A stretch of DNA of 64,000 bases from the NCBI GenBank assembly GCA_964478165.1, contig CAYZGU010000004.1, forward strand, positions 39,351 through 103,350, in the 5' to 3' direction. The position numbers and the translations under genes are program-made. The notes under the pieces are model-generated. The model ran no database searches. It saw only the letters and a list, made by a program, of their open reading frames with translations, and was not told the DNA's origin. Source of the DNA: an uncultured bacterium. Lineage in GTDB: Bacteria; Poribacteria; WGA-4E; JAJDTR01. Shown in pieces: positions 39,944 to 49,927 of the stretch. Numbering within the stretch: position 1 is the stretch's first letter; every line of letters begins with the position of its first letter.

Positions 39944-41170
39944 ATGAAGATTACCGATATTGAGGTTATTCCCATTTTTCCCCGTCTTGCGAAACGGTAT
40001 GAAAACCGTAAGGTGAGTCTACACGGTATAGATCATCGTACTGTGTTTAAGGTTTCAACGGACAATGGCCTGGTCGGCTACGGCGACAATCGCGGGCGAC
40101 CAGGGAAGTTGCCAGGTCAGTCAACTGTTGAGCAATTCATTGGTCGCAATCCATTTGATTTCGTCAACAACAATCTAGACGTGGGTTTGAGTGGCGCGCT
40201 CTACGACGTGATGGGAAAACATCTTGAAGTTCCTGCCTATAAATTGATGGGGCAAAAGGTGCGGGATGCCGTTTCGGTAGCGGCTTGGACTCGACCGGCA
40301 TCGCCGGAGGAATTTCGGAATGAAATCACCCGTGCTGCAGGGGCGGGTTACACTATATTCAAGATTCATACATGTGTCCACCATGATGTCATCGAACAGA
40401 CACGTCTAGCCGAAGAGGTGGCGCCTGAAGGTTTTAAGATTCACTATGACTTCAACGGTAATCGGAGTCTTGGAGCGGTGCTTCCACTGGTTCATGAATT
40501 GGAGAAGAACCATCCCATTGTTGGTTATATCGAAGACCCGATTGTACGTACTGATATCGACAGTTGGCGCAAGCTGCGCGATCAAACCCGAATCCCAATT
40601 ATCATGCACGTTCCACCGCTCGGTGGTATGCAAGAAGTTATTCACGGTGTGGCTGACATATATATGCTGGGGAGTGGGGTTGGGGATACGTTGTCGATGG
40701 GATTTGCACTCGGAAGAGCTAACATTCAGACGCTTGTCCAACTGACCGGTGGCACGCTCACCAAGGCGTTGGCTCTTCACATGGCTGCTGTCATGCCGAC
40801 TCACAATGCTCATTCAATCACCCTGGATGACCAATACGAGGAAGACATTACCACAGAGCGCATTCCGGTCATCGAGGGTGCATCGCCTGTTCCAGAAACC
40901 CCAGGATTGGGATTCGAAGTGGATGAGGAGGCTCTAGCCCGCATCTCTGCGAATACGCCGATAGGGATTCCAAAACATGTGGGGATTCTCCGTATGCCAG
41001 GCGGTCATACGTTCTATGGACCGTCCCTTGTTTCACCGAGTGCGGTCACCGGTCGTGAAGAGGGAACGATACGAGGAATGAAATCTGAGGTTTGGGAAGA
41101 TGACGGTTCTGAAGCATTTGCCCGGATTTATGATCGTGTGGAAGCAGAGGGAGTATTCCAGGCTGAATAA
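39944..41170 (+). CDS. enolase superfamily enzyme, K-x-H subfamily
   Basis: AGGAGG RBS; FKIH, HYDFN, IEDP, IIMH, PGLGFEVDE. Confidence 0.9.
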   Translation: MKITDIEVIPIFPRLAKRYENRKVSLHGIDHRTVFKVSTDNGLVGYGDNRGRPGKLPGQSTVEQFIGRNPFDFVNNNLDVGLSGALYDVMGKHLEVPAYKLMGQKVRDAVSVAAWTRPASPEEFRNEITRAAGAGYTIFKIHTCVHHDVIEQTRLAEEVAPEGFKIHYDFNGNRSLGAVLPLVHELEKNHPIVGYIEDPIVRTDIDSWRKLRDQTRIPIIMHVPPLGGMQEVIHGVADIYMLGSGVGDTLSMGFALGRANIQTLVQLTGGTLTKALALHMAAVMPTHNAHSITLDDQYEEDITTERIPVIEGASPVPETPGLGFEVDEEALARISANTPIGIPKHVGILRMPGGHTFYGPSLVSPSAVTGREEGTIRGMKSEVWEDDGSEAFARIYDRVEAEGVFQAE

Positions 41171-41230
41171 CTGGCTGAAGTTCTTAACTGCTGTTGAGAT
41201 TCTTGATCCTTTCGAGGTAAGGAGTTAATT

Positions 41231-42487
41231 GTGAAGATTACTGATGTTGAGGTTATCCGAATTCACCCGCCGCTGGCAAAGCGTTATGACAACCACAAGG
41301 CCCGTTTAGGTGGTATAGATCACCGGGCGGTGTTCAAAGTTCATACAGACAATGGGATTACCGGCTACTGCGACGCTGATTGGCCGGGGGCTGTGCCCTC
41401 GAAGTCGAGCCTCGAGTTACTCATTGGTCGAAATCCGTTTGACTTTATCAACAATACCTTTAATCCAGGTTTGGGTGGTGCGCTTTATGATGTTATGGGA
41501 AAATATCTTGAGGTTCCCGCTCACCGGCTAATGGGTCAAAAGGTGCGGGATGTAGTTCCGGTTGGAGCATGGACTCGCCCATGTTCGCCCAGCGTATTTC
41601 GAGAGGAGATTGAGCGGGCGGTTGCCGATGGCTACATGGTATTTAAGATGCACACGAGGGCACTATATGATGTTTTAGAGCAGACACGCGCTGCTGAAGA
41701 AGTCGCACCGAGCGGTTTTAAGATACACTACGATTTCAACAGCAACCGAACGCTCGCGGCGGTGTTGCCTCTGGTTAGTGAGTTGGAAAAGAATCATCCC
41801 ATCGTTGGCTTCATAGAAGACCCGCTAGACAAAACAGACCTTGATGGCTGGAGGACCTTGCGGGAGAAGACTCGCATCCCGATTGTGATGCATCGGCCGC
41901 TGCTTGGTGGATACCAGGAGATCAAGTTCGGTGCGGCCGATATTTATATGATTGGGGATGGGCAGCCGACATGTAGCATCGGTGATACTCTGGCGCGCGG
42001 GACCGTTTGTAGTTTGGCGAACGTACAAACGATTATTCAGCTTACAGGAGGGACACTGACAAAGGCATTGGCCTTACATATGGCGGCTGTTCTGCCATCT
42101 ATGACGGGACATTCAATCAACTTAGACGATCAATGCGAAGAGGACATTACCACATCGCGGATTCCGGTCGTAGAAGGTTCTTCTCCTGTGCCAGAAGGAC
42201 CGGGCCTGGGCTACGAGGTAGACGAAGATGCTCTCAAGCGATTTTCTGAGAATGAGCCTTCCAAGTCCAAGGCGCCGAAGCACGTTGGTATCCTGCACCT
42301 GCCCGGGGGTTACAAGATTTTCAGCCCGAGTTGGGCACGGGTTGGTGAGGTGACTGGGCGTGAGGAAGGAACTATCCGAGGCATTAATTTCGAATTGTGG
42401 AATGATGACGGTTCTGAGGAATTCTCTCGAACATATGAGAGAGTGCAGAATGAAGGGGAGTATACAGTCCCACCTTCCAAGAGTTAA
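41231..42487 (+). CDS. enolase superfamily enzyme, K-x-H subfamily
   Basis: AAGGAG RBS, GTG start; FKMH, HYDFN, IEDP, IVMH, PGLGYEVDE. Confidence 0.9.
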   Translation: MKITDVEVIRIHPPLAKRYDNHKARLGGIDHRAVFKVHTDNGITGYCDADWPGAVPSKSSLELLIGRNPFDFINNTFNPGLGGALYDVMGKYLEVPAHRLMGQKVRDVVPVGAWTRPCSPSVFREEIERAVADGYMVFKMHTRALYDVLEQTRAAEEVAPSGFKIHYDFNSNRTLAAVLPLVSELEKNHPIVGFIEDPLDKTDLDGWRTLREKTRIPIVMHRPLLGGYQEIKFGAADIYMIGDGQPTCSIGDTLARGTVCSLANVQTIIQLTGGTLTKALALHMAAVLPSMTGHSINLDDQCEEDITTSRIPVVEGSSPVPEGPGLGYEVDEDALKRFSENEPSKSKAPKHVGILHLPGGYKIFSPSWARVGEVTGREEGTIRGINFELWNDDGSEEFSRTYERVQNEGEYTVPPSKS

Positions 42488-42530
42488 TCATTCGGTTAGT
42501 CTATGGTGCGCGGTACATTATAAGGCGATT

Positions 42531-43157
42531 ATGATGACTATTGATGTTATGAATGGTGGTTCGAGAGCACTCGTATGGTCGGGTGAGCATTGGATAAATT
42601 ACCTACGTCCTCCAGGGGCTGAATCAGATAGTGGTATGGTCAGCCTCTATCATTCGAATTACAGTTCGGTCGGGGAAGGAACTGTTGCGTTTGTGGACAT
42701 CCAGGGTCAACCGGGGTTTGCCGGGGTGTGCACCGACAATAGGGAATTGGCCGAATTCATTACTGAAATGATGATTCGCGGCCGAGGCAATCCCTTCGAT
42801 CGCGATCTTCCTCTGCTGGAAGCGGAATTCACGCGAGGTGGTGACACTCTCAGTGCCCCGTCCTGGACGATTCAGGCGGGAGAAGATTGTATTGTAACGA
42901 CGTGGGATAGCATTCAGGCTCCCCTGGTTGGACCACAAGTGCTCGGTGGGTCCATTGTTTTTACAGTGCTCTTCTTCACCGATGAAGGTGGTATTACATT
43001 GAATAATCGACCTGTGATAGGTGCGCCATATCCGCGTGAGATTTGGCGTCCGAGTCTTGGAGATGCCCATAGCTCGTGTGTGTTCGCGTTGGCGGAGACG
43101 ATGGTTCAGCCGTCCGAGGACTCCACATCAAGGCGAGCTGGAAGCCGAACGGGTTAG
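42531..43157 (+). CDS. hypothetical protein (~208 aa, beta-rich)
   Basis: ATG42531 after AAGG fills the gap between two + genes; protein-like composition; no family recognised. Confidence 0.6.
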   Translation: MMTIDVMNGGSRALVWSGEHWINYLRPPGAESDSGMVSLYHSNYSSVGEGTVAFVDIQGQPGFAGVCTDNRELAEFITEMMIRGRGNPFDRDLPLLEAEFTRGGDTLSAPSWTIQAGEDCIVTTWDSIQAPLVGPQVLGGSIVFTVLFFTDEGGITLNNRPVIGAPYPREIWRPSLGDAHSSCVFALAETMVQPSEDSTSRRAGSRTG

Positions 43158-43249
43158 CATTTTTTGCGCCGACTGCTTATTCTGAGGGAGAAAGCCAACA
43201 AAAGACCTACAATGGACAGCCTGATACGCTGCAAAGGAGAGAAAATCCT

Positions 43250-44188
43250 ATGCGTCATTTCGCTCGAACCCCGTACTATACTGGACCGGACGATCCAGAA
43301 CGCGGTCAAGTGAGAGGTAGCCTCAAACTGGGAGAGACCGTGGTTGTTGAAACTGTTGGGGGGCACGATCAAGAGGTCACTATTGGTAGTGAATTGAAAC
43401 CGGGTATGGTCTTCGACGTCAAGGCTCCGAGAAACTCTCGTCCCGGAGGTCCTTTCTGTATTGAAGGTATAGAGCCGGGGGATTGGATCTCAGTTGAGAT
43501 TATCCACATGGAGGTTGGGTCTTACGGTTTCTATCGAAATGGTGGGCCGTTCTGGGGCAGCGTTCGCTTGATTGCTCCGGTGCGTGATGGACTGGTTCAT
43601 TTCCCGCCGGATTTTGTTGTGCCCATACGCCCCATGGTTGGTGTTGTTCAGCTGGAGTCGGTTGCTCCAAACGGTGGAGCCTTGGATCTGGGTGGTAACA
43701 TGGACTTCAACTCTGTTCAGCCTGGTAGTACAATTCACATTAGAGCTCAAAAACCAGGAGGTTATCTTTCTTTGGGTGATGTTCACGCTCGAATGGGAGA
43801 TGGGGAACTCACTGGAACAGGTGTCGAAGTCGACTCCTCCATAACACTGAAAGTAGATAGATCCCCCGGGTTCCCGACCGGAAACCCGGTTGTCGAAACC
43901 ACTACGGTAGTTGAGGCTTGTGATGAAATTCTCACTTGCGGCAAAGGTGGGAGCTGGGAAGAGGCTCTGAAGATTGCTTGGGCTAATATGGTAGGATTGA
44001 TTGTCGATCGCTATAATACCACTGCTGAGCATGCCAATCTTATCGTCGGTACGATTGCCGATGCCCGTCCGGGTTATGCGGCTGGCAATCTGAATCGCCG
44101 TGGATATCGGAAGGGCGATTCTTATGTCACTTGCCAGCTTGCCGTAACGAAAGAGTTGCGCCGAACGGGTAGGCCTTTCAGGCCTTAA
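43250..44188 (+). CDS. acetamidase/formamidase family protein
   Basis: AAGGAG RBS; GP..IEG.EPGD, PMVG, GGNMD, GDVHARMGDGE. Confidence 0.88.
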   Translation: MRHFARTPYYTGPDDPERGQVRGSLKLGETVVVETVGGHDQEVTIGSELKPGMVFDVKAPRNSRPGGPFCIEGIEPGDWISVEIIHMEVGSYGFYRNGGPFWGSVRLIAPVRDGLVHFPPDFVVPIRPMVGVVQLESVAPNGGALDLGGNMDFNSVQPGSTIHIRAQKPGGYLSLGDVHARMGDGELTGTGVEVDSSITLKVDRSPGFPTGNPVVETTTVVEACDEILTCGKGGSWEEALKIAWANMVGLIVDRYNTTAEHANLIVGTIADARPGYAAGNLNRRGYRKGDSYVTCQLAVTKELRRTGRPFRP

Positions 44189-44263
44189 GAGATGACTGAT
44201 TGAGGAATTGAAATCATATCATGACACGACTGATAACTGATTATTGAAAGGGGTTTAGAGCAA

Positions 44264-44953
44264 ATGAAAATTCTGATTACAGGTGCGGCTGGCGCTATCG
44301 GTTCAACGCTTGTTAAGGGTATGAAGGAGAAACATACGCTACGCGGTCTGGACGTAAATCCAATGCCAGATTTGGAAGATGTGGTTCAAGGTGATGTGTC
44401 GGACTTTGATACGCTGCTGAAAGCAACCGAGGGCATGGATGCGGTCATTCATTTGACGGGGAACGATTCCCAGTGGGGAGAGGTATTGCAGAATGCTTTG
44501 AGCGGTACGTACAACATGCTTGAAGCATCAAAACAGAACGGCGTACGTCGTATTGCTTATGCCAGCCGGGCCGGCGTACTACCGCGGTCATATTACCCCC
44601 GGTCGATAAAACGCACAGTGGACATGCCGACCCGGCCGGACTCTTACTACTCCGTCAGCAAGGTTTTTGGAGAAAGCTTGGGCTATATGTATACGGCACG
44701 GTTTGATATGGAATTTGTGGGGATACGTATCGGAAACTTTAAAATCGATCGCGATCAACCAGAAGACCCACATCATTTGAGTCATGGAGATGCAGTTCGA
44801 CTTTTTGAGCAAGCCGTAACGCATCCGGGAGTGAAATTTGAGATTGTGTTCGGTGTTTCGGATAGTACGTGGGAGCTTTACGATCTGGACTATGGGCGGA
44901 AGGCAATTGGCTACTATCCCCAAGACAAATCCATCGTCGAACCCGATGCCTGA
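44264..44953 (+). CDS. NAD-dependent epimerase/dehydratase family SDR, uronate dehydrogenase-like (paralog of 4700)
   Basis: ILITGAAGAIG, RPDSYYSVSKVFGE, RIGNF, IGYYPQD. Confidence 0.85.
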   Translation: MKILITGAAGAIGSTLVKGMKEKHTLRGLDVNPMPDLEDVVQGDVSDFDTLLKATEGMDAVIHLTGNDSQWGEVLQNALSGTYNMLEASKQNGVRRIAYASRAGVLPRSYYPRSIKRTVDMPTRPDSYYSVSKVFGESLGYMYTARFDMEFVGIRIGNFKIDRDQPEDPHHLSHGDAVRLFEQAVTHPGVKFEIVFGVSDSTWELYDLDYGRKAIGYYPQDKSIVEPDA

Positions 44954-44971
44954 AAACTCTGTCGATCGAAC

Positions 44972-45011
44972 GCTGATGTTGAGTTTACGCAGGCTGTGTG
45001 TCAATATCAGC
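44972..45011 (+). terminator. stem-loop after 44264..44953
   Basis: GCTGATGTTGA (44972-82) pairs with TCAATATCAGC (45001-11), 11 bp with one G-U; no adjacent U tract. Confidence 0.35.
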
Positions 45012-45378
45012 TCAAGGTGTGACATTTTTGAAAAGAGGGAAATAGCATCTCGATGGTGCGAAGTAGCAAATGCGCACCACTTGGTTTTTCTACCCTTGGT
45101 GTGTGTATGCAAAATGTCAGGAATTTAGGAGAACATCTGGGTTTTCTCGCTTAGTTGGCTATATCGGCTACACGTTTGCTAACAATTCTCGGATCCCCCG
45201 GATTCGGATGTGTTGTTACGTCATTGGTTGGTTGTCCGAAATTCTGTGGCCAGTGATTTTGGTCGTGAAGACTATCTTCAATCACACAGAATGTGAATAC
45301 GTGGCGGATGTAGGGATTGATTGATGTTTTTCACCTCTGCCAATAACTAGATACTCATCAACCTATCGGGGGCTTACC

Positions 45379-46047
45379 ATGAAAGGCTACACACTCCAGT
45401 TACTGGAAGATTGTATGAATGCAAGCCAGGAAATATCGCTGTCACTGAGACCGCAGTATCGGGTTGTGTACGTGGTTGAAGGAAGTATTACACTCACCTC
45501 AGGTGACCGGGCGTGTGAATTCTCTGAGAACAGCGCCTGGTTTGGCACTGGAGAGTGTTCGTTAAAATCTATCTCGGATGGTGCTAGAGTTTGGCGGTGG
45601 GAACTCGTGAAAACGTGCGACGTCGATGGTGATGCTACTTCAGAACAGTTCGCAATGTCAAGGCTCGTCCAAGTTCAGGATCTCGATCTGGATTCCCAAG
45701 TCAAGTACCTCATGCGATGCGATCGTGTCGATTTTCCTTTGGGTGGCATAGCTTACACGCACACACATCCAGGCCCGGGCATTCGCTGTCTATTGAGCGG
45801 AGAAATTTCCCTCTGTGTACATGACCGTGAGTCTGTGATTGAACCGGGGACATCTTGGTTCGAAAGGGGGCCTGATCCTGTTCTTGCTCGTGCTTCGAAG
45901 ACACATCTCACCAGTTTCGTTCGCACCATGTTCTTGCCACGTGTACTGAAGGGAAAAAGTTCCATTCAGTATACCAATTCTGATGATGAAGACAAGCCGA
46001 AACGTCAGCAGTATACGCGATTTGTTGACGAATTCATTGATCTCTAA
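45379..46047 (+). CDS. cupin-fold protein
   Basis: YTHTHPGPGIRCLLSG (cupin HxH box) and PGTSWFE; degenerate N-terminal cupin (VYVVEGSITL). Confidence 0.7.
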   Translation: MKGYTLQLLEDCMNASQEISLSLRPQYRVVYVVEGSITLTSGDRACEFSENSAWFGTGECSLKSISDGARVWRWELVKTCDVDGDATSEQFAMSRLVQVQDLDLDSQVKYLMRCDRVDFPLGGIAYTHTHPGPGIRCLLSGEISLCVHDRESVIEPGTSWFERGPDPVLARASKTHLTSFVRTMFLPRVLKGKSSIQYTNSDDEDKPKRQQYTRFVDEFIDL

Positions 46048-46127
46048 GCGGTAACATTGAAGTGTTTTTGTATGAAATTTCGGCTTGGTGGTTTCAGTAT
46101 GCTAGCGAGAAACCGCGCCTTTTCCGG

Positions 46128-46155
46128 TTGACAATTCCTAAATATTTGCTAAAAT
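46128..46155 (+). promoter_or_regulatory. sigma70-type promoter
   Basis: TTGACA (46128), 16 nt, TAAAAT (46150) preceded by TGn extended -10. Confidence 0.6.
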
Positions 46156-46213
46156 AGTCCGACTTGGGGGCTACTTGCTTCCTCAAAGCGCTGCCGATAA
46201 GAAAGGGACTCCC

Positions 46214-47452
46214 ATGAGAATTACCGATATTGAGATGTTTCCGATCGTGATGCCACTAGCCAAACGTTACGACACTCGAGATGGTCGCCAGCGGATGGGG
46301 GGTATCGACGAACATTTGGTTGTCAAGGTGCACACCGATAACGGTCTGGTTGGCTACGGAGATTATGAGGATTGGCCGGAACCGCTTCCTCAGTCGGTCA
46401 TCGAACCGCTTATCGGCCGCAATCCTTTCGACTTCCTTCACAACAATTTCAACATGGCGCTGGGCATGGCCCTATATGATGTGATGGGAAAGCATCTCGA
46501 AGTCCCTGTATACAAGCTTATGGGGCAAAAAGTGCGTAATGCCTGCTCGGTTTCAGCATGGACCCGGCCTTGCCCACCGGAGGTGTTTCGCGAAGAAATC
46601 GTGCGTGCTGTTGCTCAGGGTTACACCATCTTTAAGATGCACTCTAGCGCACTTTATGATGTCATAGAACAGACACGCCTTGCCGCGGAAGTCGCGCCAG
46701 AAGGATTTAAGCTTCACTGGGACTTCAATCACAACCGCAGTTTGGCTGCGGTTATGCCCATTATTGCAGAGCTTGAAAACAATCATCCTATTGTCGGATA
46801 CATTGAGGACCCATTGCCTTGGACGGATATTGATGGCTGGCGCACACTTCGAAAGAAGACACGCATCCCACTGATAATGCACATGCCGAAACTTACCGGG
46901 GTCCAGGAAATCCTTCACGGAGTTGCTGATATGTATATGGTCGGAGGGAATATCGGGGATACGCTAATGCAAGGGTTTGCCTACGGAAAGGCCAACATGC
47001 CGACGATTGTACAGCAGAGCGGGGGTACACTTATGAAGGCATTGACCATGCATATGGCGGCAGTCTTCCCAACTGGCACCGCGCATTCCATTAATCTTGA
47101 CGATCAGTACGAGGAGGATATTACAATTGGACGGGTGCCGGTAGTTGAAGGATCTTCCCCTGTTACTGAAAGCCCAGGCTTGGGTTATGAGGTGGATGAT
47201 GATGCCATTTCGCGGTTCGCGGCCAATAAGAATAAGCCCTGGGCTTCCGAGCGCCCGAGAGTGGTAGGTATTCTCCATCTTCCGGGGGGTCAGAAAATTT
47301 ATACCTCGCGAACTGTGAACGTACCGAAGTTGACCGGACGTGAAGAAGGTGTGATTCGGGGTATTCGATTTGAACGGTGGGAGGACGATGGTTCACCCGA
47401 ATTTCAACGTACCCTCGATCTCGTAGCGAATGGAGAGTCATTCTCTGCTTAA
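46214..47452 (+). CDS. enolase superfamily enzyme, K-x-H subfamily
   Basis: ATG46214 after AAGGGA; FKMH, HWDFN, IEDP, LIMH, PGLGYEVD. Confidence 0.9.
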   Translation: MRITDIEMFPIVMPLAKRYDTRDGRQRMGGIDEHLVVKVHTDNGLVGYGDYEDWPEPLPQSVIEPLIGRNPFDFLHNNFNMALGMALYDVMGKHLEVPVYKLMGQKVRNACSVSAWTRPCPPEVFREEIVRAVAQGYTIFKMHSSALYDVIEQTRLAAEVAPEGFKLHWDFNHNRSLAAVMPIIAELENNHPIVGYIEDPLPWTDIDGWRTLRKKTRIPLIMHMPKLTGVQEILHGVADMYMVGGNIGDTLMQGFAYGKANMPTIVQQSGGTLMKALTMHMAAVFPTGTAHSINLDDQYEEDITIGRVPVVEGSSPVTESPGLGYEVDDDAISRFAANKNKPWASERPRVVGILHLPGGQKIYTSRTVNVPKLTGREEGVIRGIRFERWEDDGSPEFQRTLDLVANGESFSA

Positions 47453-47620
47453 GATAACATTGAAGATTGAGAAACACACATCCATCTTGAACGTCGGTTT
47501 TCGCTAAGAGCAAGATTAAAATGGGGCGCTAAAGCGAAAATGTTTGTGTGTTCACTGAAAACCGCTTAGGTCTTATGAGGGTGATTGAATCAGGTAGTTT
47601 TATAAATGGAGGCAGGGGTT

Positions 47621-48961
47621 ATGGGGGAACGCACACGGAGTGTTAACCGCTCCTTGGAGACTTACAAGCGGGCTGGTGAGTTGATTCCCGGCTGGACACA
47701 ACTTATTAGCCGCCGAGCCAGCCAATTTGCCTACGGGGTTAGCCCAATCTACGCGCAAAGTGCTAAAGGCTCCCGATTTGTAGATCTAGATGGAAATGAG
47801 TATATCGATTGGGTCAATGCGGTCAGTGCGGTTATCTTGGGACACGCCGATGATGTCGTGGATTCCGCTGTCAAAGAGCAGATTGACCGTGGCAGTATTT
47901 ACACCGTTTCGAGTCATCTCGAGATTGAGTTAGCGGAAGAATTGGTGAATACCATACCTTCTGCCGAAATGGTTCGGTATGCTAAAGGTGGTGGGGAAGC
48001 CTGTGCCGTAGCGGTGCGCATCGCTCGTGGAACAACAGGGCGAGACAAGATTCTGTTTTGTGGGTATCACGGGTGGCACGACTGGTATCAGGCTGCAAAC
48101 CATCTTGTTAATCCAGAAAGTGGTGAATATCCTTTTGCTGGTATTGAACCCATTGGGATACCGCGGGTGATTGCTGATACCGTAGCGCCCTTCACCTATG
48201 GAGATTTGGAGATGCTAGAGGAGCTTTTGGAAACAAATCGCAATGGGGTTGCGGCTATAATGATGGAACCGCTGAGATCAGAATTTCCTCCTCCGGGCTA
48301 TCTCGAAGACGTCCAAGGATTGGCTCGCAAGCACGACGTTGTTCTCATCTTTGATGAAGTTTCGTCTGGCTGGCGACTGTCGACTGGCGGTGCACAAAAG
48401 TGTCTGGGCGTTATTCCCGACATGACGGTCGTTGCGAAAGCCATGTCAAATGGCTATCCGATGGGCGCGGTCGTGGGTTCTCGGAGGGTCATGGAACCAG
48501 CCAGTCAAATGTTCGTGTCAAGTTCGTATTGGAGTGATAATGTTGGGTTGACGGCAGCATTAACTACGATTCGCGAACTGAAACGACGGGATTCAGAAAG
48601 GTGCTTTAAGGAGATTGGGGAAAAACTCCGTGCGGGACTGAATGAAGCCATCGCTTTGTCTGGAATCTCGGGCGCTTGTAACGGCCTCCACACCAATCCA
48701 TCAATAACATTTGAATTGCCCGACGAGACACTACAGCAGAAGGTGAAAACGTTATTTATTCAGGAGATGGCCAAGAGGAACATTCACTGCAGTACAGGGT
48801 TTAACGCGACATTGGCGCATAGTGATGATGACATCGAACGCACGTCGGAATCCGCAAGAGAGGTTATGGTTCTAATTAAGCAAGGCGTAGAAGCTGGAAA
48901 TGTGGATTCCCTATTGGAATGTGACGTCAAGAAGGACCCATTCCGGCGTCTTGTACGGTAA
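47621..48961 (+). CDS. class III PLP aminotransferase (glutamate-1-semialdehyde aminomutase-like)
   Basis: AKGSRFVDLDGNEYID, GYHGWHD, MEP, LIFDEV, AKAMSNGYP (PLP lysine); start 47606 or 47621. Confidence 0.9.
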   Translation: MGERTRSVNRSLETYKRAGELIPGWTQLISRRASQFAYGVSPIYAQSAKGSRFVDLDGNEYIDWVNAVSAVILGHADDVVDSAVKEQIDRGSIYTVSSHLEIELAEELVNTIPSAEMVRYAKGGGEACAVAVRIARGTTGRDKILFCGYHGWHDWYQAANHLVNPESGEYPFAGIEPIGIPRVIADTVAPFTYGDLEMLEELLETNRNGVAAIMMEPLRSEFPPPGYLEDVQGLARKHDVVLIFDEVSSGWRLSTGGAQKCLGVIPDMTVVAKAMSNGYPMGAVVGSRRVMEPASQMFVSSSYWSDNVGLTAALTTIRELKRRDSERCFKEIGEKLRAGLNEAIALSGISGACNGLHTNPSITFELPDETLQQKVKTLFIQEMAKRNIHCSTGFNATLAHSDDDIERTSESAREVMVLIKQGVEAGNVDSLLECDVKKDPFRRLVR

Positions 48962-48972
48962 TAAGGTGATAT

Positions 48973-49779
48973 ATGACAGACACTACTGAACAGCATGTAA
49001 TGAATCTCTTCAGTTTGAAAGGCAAAGTCGCCATTGTAACCGGAGCGTGCGGTTGGCTTGGGGCCGCAATGAGCCGCGCATTGGCAGAGGCGAGTGCACG
49101 TGTCGTCGTCACGAGCCGGACGCAATCACAGGCAGTGGAGTTCGCGACATCGTTGCCCGGGCATGGTCATCTTGGAATCTGTTTCAGCCAAGATGACACC
49201 GATTCGATTCCCAGCTTTGTTTCCTCAGTAATTGAGCAGATGGGACAGATTGACATTCTGGTAAATAACGCTTATGGTGGTCCTGCACCAGATATTGAGT
49301 CTGCAACGGCTGACGACTTTGATCGGGCATATCACACTGGAGTTACCGGATATTTTCTACTCGCTCGCGATGTGGCAAGGCATCTGCGTGAGCGAGAATG
49401 TCCGGGTTCAATTATCAACATTGGTAGCATGTATGGTCTTGTGGCGAGCTATCCGTCCGCGTACGAAGGATTGCCCGCGAATAGCCCGCCCAATTATCAC
49501 GCACTAAAGGGTGGTATTGTACATTTGACCCGCCATTTGGCAGCTTATTGGGCGAAAGACAATATTCGCGTTAACACACTTAGTCCAGGGCCATTTCCGA
49601 AACCGGCGGTCCGAGATAGGACTGAGGGTATGGTTGAACGTTTGGAAGAAAAAGTTCCTCTTGGACGGATGGGCCGTCCTGAGGAGCTAAAAGGTGCAGT
49701 GGTATTGCTGGCTAGCAATGCGGGAAGCTATATCACCGGCCAGAATCTGTTGGTTGATGGCGGGTGGACGGCATGGTGA
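48973..49779 (+). CDS. classical SDR family oxidoreductase
   Basis: VTGACGWLG, DILVNNA, SMYG, YHALKGG, IRVNTLSPG, VDGG. Confidence 0.92.
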   Translation: MTDTTEQHVMNLFSLKGKVAIVTGACGWLGAAMSRALAEASARVVVTSRTQSQAVEFATSLPGHGHLGICFSQDDTDSIPSFVSSVIEQMGQIDILVNNAYGGPAPDIESATADDFDRAYHTGVTGYFLLARDVARHLRERECPGSIINIGSMYGLVASYPSAYEGLPANSPPNYHALKGGIVHLTRHLAAYWAKDNIRVNTLSPGPFPKPAVRDRTEGMVERLEEKVPLGRMGRPEELKGAVVLLASNAGSYITGQNLLVDGGWTAW

Positions 49780-49927
49780 TTTATGGGTTGATGCGTGACA
49801 CGCAGTGAAACTGTTTTTGGGTTAATGTGCATGATATAGGAGAGTCTGGATTTTGCTAGTGTGCACTTAGCCCTTACGATTTTCACATATTTCATTACAA
49901 CATTCCATTCGTCGCAAGGAGAAAGTT

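Larger units (their letters stand above)
46052..47465. repeat. 11-bp direct repeat TAACATTGAAG flanking a promoter plus enolase gene
   Basis: Exact copies at 46052-46062 and 47455-47465, each a few nt after a stop codon. Confidence 0.55.
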
